Shown in pieces: positions 56,705-64,000 of a stretch of 64,000 nt of DNA; positions within the stretch are counted from its first letter, which is position 1, and each line of letters opens with the position of its first letter. The position numbers and the translations under genes were made by a program. The DNA comes from Candidatus Doudnabacteria bacterium. GTDB lineage: Bacteria > Patescibacteriota > Doudnabacteria > UBA920. Under the pieces are notes generated by a model. It was not told the origin of the DNA and did no database searches. It was given only the letters and a program-made list of their open reading frames with translations. The stretch spans positions 21,347 to 85,346 of the forward strand of contig JACRDK010000004.1 in NCBI GenBank assembly GCA_016218585.1, written 5' to 3'.

Positions 56705-58375
56705 ATGACAAACTTACTCACAAATTTAGGACTTCTTTCAGTCGGCATAGCAACCGCCGCAAATATTTTATTGGGGCTAGTAGTTTATTTGAGCAACAAG
56801 AAAAGCCAAACAAATAACTATTTTTTCTTATTTACATTTATCAGTTCAATTTGGGGAATATTTAATTTTTTACTTTATCAATTTCAAGATACCATAATTA
56901 TTTTATGGTTTATTCGCCTTGTAATGTTTTGTGCTATTTGGCAAGCCTATTCATTTTTCTTATTAACCTACGTTTATCCCGAAGAACAAAAAGACCTCCC
57001 TGTCATTACAAAAAAATATCTTATTTGGATAGTAATTATAACCTCAATTATCACACTTACTCCCATTATGTACTCTTCGGTAATCCCTCCAAAAAGTATT
57101 GGACAGGTTGCTGAAGCTGTTCCTGGGCCTGGAGTTTTAATATTTGCGATTGTTGCAATTGGCCTTGTTATAGTGAGCATTATTCAATTAATAAAAAGGC
57201 ATAAAAAGATTGCTCCAACTCAACGGACGCAGCTCAACCTGCTTTTTGCGGGCACTGCGATGACCTTCCTGTTAATAATTACCTTTAACTTTATTGCACC
57301 AAACTTCTTTCAAAATTATAATTACATACCCTTAGGATCAGTTTTTGTCTTCCCGTTTATAATTTTTACGGCTTATGCAATCTTAAAACACCACCTATTC
57401 AACGCAAAAGTAATTTCAACTGAAATCGCAACTTTTTTGCTTTTAGTTGCCAGCCTTGTTGAAATTGTTTTGTCTAAAACTTCATTTGAAATTACCCTGC
57501 GGTTCGTGATTTTTCTGATTTTGCTCGCTATAAGTACTGTTCTACTTAGAAGTGTAAGAAAAGAAGTTGAGCAGCGGGAGCAGTTGGAAATTTTGACCAA
57601 AGAATTAGAAAATGCAAACGAGAAATTAAAAGCTTTGGACAAAGCCAGGGCGGAATTTATTACTATTGCTTCCCACCAGCTGCGCACGCCGCCGGCGACA
57701 ATTAAATGGTATTTAAGCTCGGTCTTAGATGGCGACTACGGAAAAGTGCCAAAAGAGTTAAAAGATATTTTAGAAAAAACTAATCGCACCAACAACTCTT
57801 TAATTTCATTAGTTGATGACATGCTAAATGTCTCACGCATAGAGCGCGGCAAAATGGAATTTTTATTTCAGGAATCTAACCTGCTTGAGCTAGCCAAAAC
57901 CACCTTTGAACAACTTGAGCCAATAGCTAAAGAAAAAGGCCTCAAGCTCACTTTCAAATATCTTCCAAAAACCAAATTCCCCAAACTTATGGCAGACAAG
58001 GAAAAAGTCCGCCAGGTTATGAATAATTTAATAGATAACGCTATAAAATATACCAAACAAGGCTCCGTGGCTGTCATGCTGTCGGCCGATAATCAAGAAA
58101 TTAAATTTAGCGTTACCGATTCCGGCAAAGGCATAACCCCGGAAGAAAAAGAAAGCATCTTTGAAAAGTTCTCCCGCGGCAAAGAATCTGTTAAACAAAG
58201 CGCGGGACTAGGACTAGGCTTGTACGTTGCCAAAATTATTATTGCCCAGCACAAAGGCAAAATTTGGGCGGAGAGCCCCGGAGACGGTATGGGTTCTTCT
58301 TTTATCTTTACCTTGCCAATTAATAATGAATTAAAAGAAACGACATTGGTGGATTTAGCAAAAAACCAAGGTTAA
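56705..58375 (+). CDS. Sensor histidine kinase with an N-terminal polytopic (7-8 TM) domain
   Basis: H-box SHQLRTP, N-box NLIDNAIKYT, G1 DSGKGI, G2 GLGLGLY; starts 3 nt after the nitroreductase stop. Confidence 0.85.
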   Translation: MTNLLTNLGLLSVGIATAANILLGLVVYLSNKKSQTNNYFFLFTFISSIWGIFNFLLYQFQDTIIILWFIRLVMFCAIWQAYSFFLLTYVYPEEQKDLPVITKKYLIWIVIITSIITLTPIMYSSVIPPKSIGQVAEAVPGPGVLIFAIVAIGLVIVSIIQLIKRHKKIAPTQRTQLNLLFAGTAMTFLLIITFNFIAPNFFQNYNYIPLGSVFVFPFIIFTAYAILKHHLFNAKVISTEIATFLLLVASLVEIVLSKTSFEITLRFVIFLILLAISTVLLRSVRKEVEQREQLEILTKELENANEKLKALDKARAEFITIASHQLRTPPATIKWYLSSVLDGDYGKVPKELKDILEKTNRTNNSLISLVDDMLNVSRIERGKMEFLFQESNLLELAKTTFEQLEPIAKEKGLKLTFKYLPKTKFPKLMADKEKVRQVMNNLIDNAIKYTKQGSVAVMLSADNQEIKFSVTDSGKGITPEEKESIFEKFSRGKESVKQSAGLGLGLYVAKIIIAQHKGKIWAESPGDGMGSSFIFTLPINNELKETTLVDLAKNQG

Positions 58376-58389
58376 GTTTATAACAAAAA

Positions 58390-58421
58390 TCCCGCTCCGG
58401 TTTCTCGAGCGGGATTTTTTT
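58390..58421 (+). terminator. Rho-independent terminator closing the operon
   Basis: TCCCGCTC...GAGCGGGA followed by TTTTTTT. Confidence 0.7.
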
Positions 58422-58459
58422 ATTGTCTAATAACTATTCACTATTGCCTATTTACTATA

Positions 58460-58864
58460 TTACTTTTTCATACTGCCAAGCATCTCTTCTTCAAAGTGAA
58501 GCAAAAAAGGCAACGGATCAGGCGTGCTGCCAAATAATATATGGTCAACGCTGCTGCGCTGTCCCCTGTCTTTTTGGCTTTCTACGCCTTTCTTTTGAAA
58601 CCACTGGCGCCAATTTACGCTGAAATCTTTGTAAGTTTGGCTGTTCTCGCCGCCAAATCTTTCAAAAATAATATCGTACTTAGTTTTGTCGCAAATGTTA
58701 ATAAATTCACTTTTTTCATCAAGGCTTAAGAATCCATTTTTTTGTAGCGAATTCTTAATCTTCTGAATTGCCGGATTAATGTAAACCGCCTGACAAATTT
58801 CTCTGCCTAACTGCGTCCACAGCTTATCAAACTCTTCAAAATCAAAATTACCATTTTGGGTCAT
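58460..58864 (-). CDS. Hypothetical protein
   Basis: ORF only. Confidence 0.35.
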   Translation of the reverse strand: MTQNGNFDFEEFDKLWTQLGREICQAVYINPAIQKIKNSLQKNGFLSLDEKSEFINICDKTKYDIIFERFGGENSQTYKDFSVNWRQWFQKKGVESQKDRGQRSSVDHILFGSTPDPLPFLLHFEEEMLGSMKK

Positions 58865-58884
58865 GGTTTTTGTATTAATTTAAG

Positions 58885-59184
58885 TTATTCAGCTTTTTCG
58901 GCTACTTTCAATTTGAGCTTTTCAGCGATTTTTTCAAAGCGCTTTTGATCCTCATTTTTCAAGAATCTCAAAAGTCTTCTGCGATTGCCAACCATTTTTA
59001 ACAAACCTCTTCTGGAATGGTTGTCTTTGCGGTGAACTTTCAAGTGTTCGGAAACCTGTTCAATTTCCTTGGTCAAAATGGCAATTTGGACTTCCGGGCT
59101 TCCGGTGTCGTCCTTGTGCACTTGAAACTTTTTAATAATGGCGTTCTTCTCTTTTGCGCTTAACATGTTGTTGTCCTTCTGCAC
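58885..59184 (-). CDS. rpsO: 30S ribosomal protein S15
   Basis: [12 protein letters not shown]...[19 protein letters not shown]. Confidence 0.9.
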   Translation of the reverse strand: MQKDNNMLSAKEKNAIIKKFQVHKDDTGSPEVQIAILTKEIEQVSEHLKVHRKDNHSRRGLLKMVGNRRRLLRFLKNEDQKRFEKIAEKLKLKVAEKAE

Positions 59185-59261
59185 GTAACCAGTAGATTGC
59201 CTAAAATCTTTATTAACTGATTCGTGGATTAAAATTATTGCTTTTATTATACCTTAAATCG

Positions 59262-60122
59262 CTAATTTTGTAAATATGCCTTTTTGGCCCCGGACACCAA
59301 GTATTTAACAAACTCTCGGGCCACATTAAACTTAGTCAGCGCTTCAAAAGACTGGAGACCCGGAAACCGGTTCACTTCCAAAATATACAGCTTGCCGTTG
59401 CTTTCCAAAATGTCGGTTTTAGCCAGCTCGCGGCCTAAAATTTTTGCTGCTTTTTGAGCCAGACTGACCGCCTCAGCCAGCATATGGTCTCCTGCGGTGG
59501 TTGAAATATTAAGCACCTGATAATTTTTAAAATCCGGCCTTTTGGTTTTTTTATTAATAGCAAACTTTAAAATAACCGGCAGGGCTTTATAGCCTGCGGT
59601 TATAACTTTATATTCATATTCCGCGTTTACAAACTCCTGAAGCATTAGCTCGCTTTCCGGGTAAGCGCCGGGCAAGGAGCCTCCGGATTTTACCAAAAAT
59701 ACATTTTTGCCCTTAAACCCATAAATCCATTTGGCAATAAATATATCCTGTTTTAAAAATTCGGATTGCATGCTAAATAGCTCGGTTTTTGGAATGGGTA
59801 AACTATTTGCGAAAAGCACCCTATAGTCATCCCATTTGCCGCCGCCTAACAAACCATCTGCAATTACCTCATCCACAACTCTTTTGCCCCTGTTTTTAAA
59901 TTTCTTGGCCAAAGAAATAACATCTTTCAAATATTTAGGGCTTCTTTGCACATAAGGATTCCTAATATAAAGAACGTCATACTCGCCAGGTTCAATAATA
60001 AAGTTTTTTTCTGCCAGTTCAACAATTGGCATTACAACAAACTCACAATTTAAATTGCCGGCTTCGGCAAACAACCGCTTAGAAGCATAAGTTTCTGATG
60101 AAGATATGGCAAGAATTCTCAT
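59262..60122 (-). CDS. ATP-grasp fold ligase (RimK / glutathione-synthetase-like)
   Basis: KLYILEVNRFPGL C-terminal ATP-grasp motif; 286 aa. Confidence 0.55.
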   Translation of the reverse strand: MRILAISSSETYASKRLFAEAGNLNCEFVVMPIVELAEKNFIIEPGEYDVLYIRNPYVQRSPKYLKDVISLAKKFKNRGKRVVDEVIADGLLGGGKWDDYRVLFANSLPIPKTELFSMQSEFLKQDIFIAKWIYGFKGKNVFLVKSGGSLPGAYPESELMLQEFVNAEYEYKVITAGYKALPVILKFAINKKTKRPDFKNYQVLNISTTAGDHMLAEAVSLAQKAAKILGRELAKTDILESNGKLYILEVNRFPGLQSFEALTKFNVAREFVKYLVSGAKKAYLQN

Positions 60123-60158
60123 ATCTTTGATTCTACGCTAAAACCTGCTATACTGACA

Positions 60159-60255
60159 ATGTCGCATAATGCATTTATGAGCCATGCAAAAAAGACGTGG
60201 TCGTAATATGTCCTGTGGGCATTGTGGATAAACTATGATGTCGCATAATGCATTT
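60159..60255 (+). promoter_or_regulatory. Two 18-bp direct repeats, ATGTCGCATAATGCATTT, 79 bp apart upstream of the xer gene; the second resembles a dif-like site
   Basis: GTCGCATAA + TGCATT + TTAAATTA compared with E. coli dif GTGCGCATAA + TGTATA + TTATGTTAAAT. Confidence 0.4.
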
Positions 60256-60273
60256 TAAATTACCAAAAAGTTT

Positions 60274-61329
60274 ATGGCCGAAATTAAAACAAAACTAGAC
60301 TCCCCTCTTTACCGTTATATAACGGAGTTTTTGGAATTCTGTGAAATTGGTAAAAACCAGAGCCGCAACACTATTGCCGCTTATTACCGCTACCTAAATA
60401 AATTTTTAAACTTTGCCATTCCTTTGGGAGTAAAAGATCCAAAAGATATTGATTTGGAAATCATTAAAAAGTACCGCCTCTATTTAAACAGGCTGCAGGA
60501 TGATAAAGGCAACACTCTAAAACTGGTTACCCAAAACTATCATTTAATAGCTTTGCGGGCTTTCTTGAAATACTTGGCGAAGCAGGACGTAAAAACCCTT
60601 TCTCCGGAAAAAATTGAACTTCCAAAAAACCCTCAAAGACAAGTTGAGTTCCTGGAAAAAGAGGAATTGGAAAGGCTGTTTCAGGCTGTGGCCAATGAAA
60701 AAGATGAATTACAGCGACTGCGCGACTCAGCTATTTTACATACTCTCTTTTCCACCGGACTGCGGGTATCCGAACTTGCTTCCCTAAAAATAGAAAGCAT
60801 TAACTTAGACCGAAGGGAATTTACCGTACGCGGCAAAGGCAGTAAACTTCGCCTGGTATTTTTGTCGGACGAAGCGGCGGAAACAATAAAGAAATATTTG
60901 GCTAAACGAAAAGATAACAGCAAGGCGCTGTTTGTCGGACACTCGGAAATAGGCCAATCATCCCCTGCCGCCAAAACCCCAGGCAAAGGTGAAAAGCTTA
61001 CAGCGGAACAAAAAAAAGTAGAAAAAGAAATTGCCAGCCAGGGCTTTAGCAAAAATGGGGACAAAAATACCAATAGAGCCAGCGGTTTAACAGTCAGGCA
61101 AATCCAAAGAATAATAAAAAAATATTGCCGCGTGGCGGGAATAATAAAAAAAGTTACTCCACACACTCTTCGCCATAGCTTTGCCACAGACCTGCTGCAA
61201 AACGGGGCAGATATCCGCTCAGTGCAAACCCTGCTCGGGCACGCCTCAATAACCACTACCCAAATTTACACGCACATTACCAACCAAGGCCTGCGTGATA
61301 TTCATAAAAAATTCCACGATAAAAAATAA
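60274..61329 (+). CDS. xerC: Tyrosine site-specific recombinase (XerC/XerD family) with an internal insertion of about 50 aa
   Basis: R..HxxR...Y catalytic box: TPHTLRHSFATDLLQNGADIRSVQTLLGHASITTTQIYTH. Confidence 0.8.
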   Translation: MAEIKTKLDSPLYRYITEFLEFCEIGKNQSRNTIAAYYRYLNKFLNFAIPLGVKDPKDIDLEIIKKYRLYLNRLQDDKGNTLKLVTQNYHLIALRAFLKYLAKQDVKTLSPEKIELPKNPQRQVEFLEKEELERLFQAVANEKDELQRLRDSAILHTLFSTGLRVSELASLKIESINLDRREFTVRGKGSKLRLVFLSDEAAETIKKYLAKRKDNSKALFVGHSEIGQSSPAAKTPGKGEKLTAEQKKVEKEIASQGFSKNGDKNTNRASGLTVRQIQRIIKKYCRVAGIIKKVTPHTLRHSFATDLLQNGADIRSVQTLLGHASITTTQIYTHITNQGLRDIHKKFHDKK

Positions 61330-61339
61330 ACGCAAACAA

Positions 61340-61906
61340 ATGCCTACTGAAAACAATTATGAATACCAACCTCCTGAAATAAGGGCACCAGTTTCAGAAA
61401 TTGAAATGCAAAATGGACTAGCCTATTATCAAGAGCACAAAAAACAACTTGCAGTTGCAGCGGCTGTTACCAGCAACAATGCCAATTCTTGGAGAGATAA
61501 ACCTTTTAAAGTTGGTTGTGCCTTGCTGACAATTGGCGAAAACACCCCAGAAGGAGAATATGTTGTATTTAATGCGTACAACTTCAAACCGGAACCAGGC
61601 GATGTTAAGGGCTGGAAAAAAAGATGTGCTGAAAGAAATGCAGTTCAGGATGCTTTAGAGCGTAAGACAAGGGCTATTATTTCAATTACCACTTCTAGCA
61701 CTGAAACCCATACTGGAGACCCAACCAAAGCTCATGACGCCCTTCACCCATGCTTAGAATGCCGGCAGATGTTTAGAGACTTACTTAAGAACGGGGTTTT
61801 AAAAAATGAAAGCATTATTTGCAACGCCAATCATACAGATCCTAAAAACATCGTTATGGAAGAACGGACTGTCGGGGAACTGCTAGAGCTATACAAAGAT
61901 GACTAA
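61340..61906 (+). CDS. Cytidine/deoxycytidylate deaminase-fold protein (Cdd-like, CAE...PCxxC)
   Basis: CAERNAVQ and PCLECRQ zinc-binding motifs; start trimmed to the ATG after the xer stop. Confidence 0.6.
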   Translation: MPTENNYEYQPPEIRAPVSEIEMQNGLAYYQEHKKQLAVAAAVTSNNANSWRDKPFKVGCALLTIGENTPEGEYVVFNAYNFKPEPGDVKGWKKRCAERNAVQDALERKTRAIISITTSSTETHTGDPTKAHDALHPCLECRQMFRDLLKNGVLKNESIICNANHTDPKNIVMEERTVGELLELYKDD

Positions 61907-62004
61907 ACTAAAAAGACCTTTATGTTTCCATAAAGGTCTTTTTATAATTCTGATTTCGACATTTTCCCTTAACTCTTAATTCTTAATACTATCTACCAAC
62001 TCCG

Positions 62005-62190
62005 TCACACATACCACTTATACTCGCTCATTGAACGCATTGCTTCTTCCATATCTACCTGGTACTCTGACTGCCCTTCCTTGCTGTATTCGGTAAGCGG
62101 CAACTCGCAGTGCGGACAAACCCCCGGGTTTTGTTTACTAAACCCGCAGACGTCGCACATATACATATAAAAGTTTTGCATATAAATCAC
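62005..62190 (-). CDS. Small zinc-ribbon protein
   Basis: CDVCGF...CPHCE. Confidence 0.4.
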   Translation of the reverse strand: MIYMQNFYMYMCDVCGFSKQNPGVCPHCELPLTEYSKEGQSEYQVDMEEAMRSMSEYKWYV

Positions 62191-62475
62191 CTCCCTCGTT
62201 GTGATTTAATTTTTTAAATTGTTTTTTGATTTTATGGCTTTTTCCCTCCTTATCTATGGTTTAACTCTTTTTAAAAAGGAAGTCAATTGTTTAAAATCCG
62301 ATTTGCTCACATTGATGATAAAAAAAATATTTTACCTCTAACAAAAGGCAAAAAAATAGACCTGGGTAAGGCTAAAAAGATGCTGTAATTAACCGCTTAA
62401 GCACTGTTTGTCCACTTATTTTGAACCACTTGAAAAATATCAACATTTATGATATAGTTTAGCAAGTTCTAATGT

Positions 62476-62552
62476 GGTCGCGTAGCTCAGTTGGATAGAG
62501 CGTCAGCTTGCGGAGCTGAAGGTCGCAGGTTCGACTCCTGCCGCGATCACCA
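62476..62552 (+). tRNA. tRNA-Arg (anticodon GCG as read; an unusual isoacceptor)
   Basis: Acceptor GGTCGCG/CGCGATC, D-arm GCTCAGTTGGATAGAGC, anticodon loop TTGCGGA, T-arm GCAGGTTCGACTCCTGC, CCA. Confidence 0.65.
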
Positions 62553-62657
62553 TAACTAAATTTAATCTTTTCTTTCAAAGTATAAATACCGCACCTTTTA
62601 AAGCAGAACTATCTTACACTCAAAGTCTAAAGGATAGCGTCCCGCGGCTTCTGATTT

Positions 62658-62732
62658 GGTCTCGTAGCTCAATGGATAGAGCCGCAGCCTTCTAAGCTGC
62701 TGATGCAGGTCCGATTCCTGCCGAGGCCACCA
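62658..62732 (+). tRNA. tRNA-Arg (anticodon TCT)
   Basis: Acceptor GGTCTCG/CGAGGCC, anticodon loop CTTCTAA, CCA encoded. Confidence 0.7.
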
Positions 62733-62786
62733 GAAGCGGCGGGATTCAGTTCCTGATCTGCTAACCAAAAAATATTTTCCAATTTG

Positions 62787-62822
62787 AAAAACCTCTCCCG
62801 ATATTTGGGAGAGGTTTTTTTG
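62787..62822. terminator. Bidirectional rho-independent terminator
   Basis: AAAAACCTCTCCC...GGGAGAGGTTTTTTT. Confidence 0.65.
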
Positions 62823-62824
62823 TT

Positions 62825-63808
62825 TTAAACTTTGGCTGCGAAATATTTTTTATTCAACTTTACCGCGTAATACCCTACTCCCATAATTGCCAAACCGGCC
62901 AGCACCAGTGCCAGCGGCCAGCCGAGGCCTGAACTAAAATACTCAGCGGTAAGTTTTAATATATAACCAATTAAGAACAAGGAACCAAATACCAAGAATG
63001 ACTTGCTCTTAACATAAACGCTTAAGAATATTACCCCGAAGACTAACAGCGGAAATATTAATTCCCAAAAGGCATTCTGCTCCGGCGACCAGCCGCCAAG
63101 GGCCATTGCCGAACCCAAAAAAGTTAAAATACCAAAGCCAAATAAAGTTCCAGTAAGTGCTTTAAAACTTGTAGGTTTCAAATAATAGCCAATTAAGACC
63201 CAGGAAAAGCCTTCAACCAGAAAACGATACTCCCAAATTTTTCCAGTATCAGTACTTAACAAGTTCTGCCCAACAACCATATTCACCAAAAAATGAAACA
63301 ATCCGGTAGCAAAAATTATCCCAAAAAATAATAGTATAGTTTGTCGGAAAAACCAAAGAGAGCCAAAAAATACACCTGTTAGAATCAAATAAATCAGAAC
63401 CTGAAGGCTGTCTGCGCTAATATCCATACCTGCTTCCTTAAAAGCAACATTCACGCCCAAAGGCGCTAAACAACCGGCTATTAAGAAAAACGCTTGTGAG
63501 ATCTTTTTTAAATTCTCATAGCGGTATAACAACCCTCCCACTACAAAAGCGGCAATCCCGCTTCCCAGAGTTAACAACACTCGAACAACCGAGGAAAAAT
63601 TATCCCAGTTTTGATACGCCAGCACGCAAATCCCCAAAAAAACTATACCGCCGCCAATGTAGTACAAAATCTCCGAAAGGCTTAAGTTATGTTTAACAAC
63701 ATCGCTTTCCGCACCCTGCCCGGCAATTGCTGCCATTATTTCTTCCCTGCTAATTTGCCCAGATGCTGCCAACTGTTTTAGCTCGGACAAAACTTGTTGC
63801 TTATCCAT
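62825..63808 (-). CDS. Hypothetical polytopic membrane protein
   Basis: 327 aa, about 9 TM. Confidence 0.45.
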   Translation of the reverse strand: MDKQQVLSELKQLAASGQISREEIMAAIAGQGAESDVVKHNLSLSEILYYIGGGIVFLGICVLAYQNWDNFSSVVRVLLTLGSGIAAFVVGGLLYRYENLKKISQAFFLIAGCLAPLGVNVAFKEAGMDISADSLQVLIYLILTGVFFGSLWFFRQTILLFFGIIFATGLFHFLVNMVVGQNLLSTDTGKIWEYRFLVEGFSWVLIGYYLKPTSFKALTGTLFGFGILTFLGSAMALGGWSPEQNAFWELIFPLLVFGVIFLSVYVKSKSFLVFGSLFLIGYILKLTAEYFSSGLGWPLALVLAGLAIMGVGYYAVKLNKKYFAAKV

Positions 63809-64000
63809 ATAAATTCTCCCTATATTAAATCTTTCTAATCCTTAAATTTTAAATCTTTTAATTAACTTACTCCACCCAGCCCAAAAACTGGATGCCGTAA
63901 TAATCATTTGAAGTTATTTTCATATTCAATTTTTTGCTGCGATTATGACCCTTTATAAACCAACTGTTATAATCATTGCTATTGGACCCAAACAAAAAAT

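Overview
This window looks like a reduced, AT-rich (about 38% GC) Patescibacteria/CPR-type genome segment. The first 18 kb carries, on the minus strand, a near-complete S10-spc ribosomal protein cluster (rpsJ through rplO, no L30, zinc-type S14) followed by the str operon (rpsL-rpsG-fusA-tuf). Housekeeping genes follow: parB, uppP, glyA, leuS, metG, glyQS, tgt, pnp, rpsO, xerC/D and four tRNAs. Several things are atypical. (1) Nearly every ribosomal-protein gene is separated by a 60-190 bp spacer built from a few recurring dyad-rich repeat families. (2) A 20-bp perfect palindrome, CCTGCCTACCGGCAGGCAGG, occurs four times, always as an insertion inside another element. (3) Small GC-rich islets with near-consensus sigma70 promoters, AGGAGG ribosome-binding sites and rho-independent terminators sit inside the translation-gene cluster and encode small membrane or Cys-rich proteins. 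(4) A tRNA-Leu carries a duplicated 5' half bracketing a GIY-YIG endonuclease gene. (5) A DUF559 endonuclease gene is bracketed by inverted hairpin repeats. (6) A GC-rich 0.5-kb region next to tRNA-Pro has no credible ORF. (7) Hairpin or tandem-repeat sequence sits in-frame inside metG, tgt, leuS and nfo. (8) Most notable is a co-directional five-gene operon at 51.9-58.4 kb. It encodes a Glu/Leu/Phe/Val-type dehydrogenase, a PaaK/F390-synthetase-like adenylating ligase, an E1/ThiF-like adenylyltransferase with an N-terminal extension, a double-lobed nitroreductase-fold oxidoreductase and a multi-TM sensor histidine kinase, with an orphan receiver domain divergent to it. This is a candidate novel peptide or small-molecule modification system. 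All calls rest on reading the supplied sequence and ORF translations; no database search was possible.
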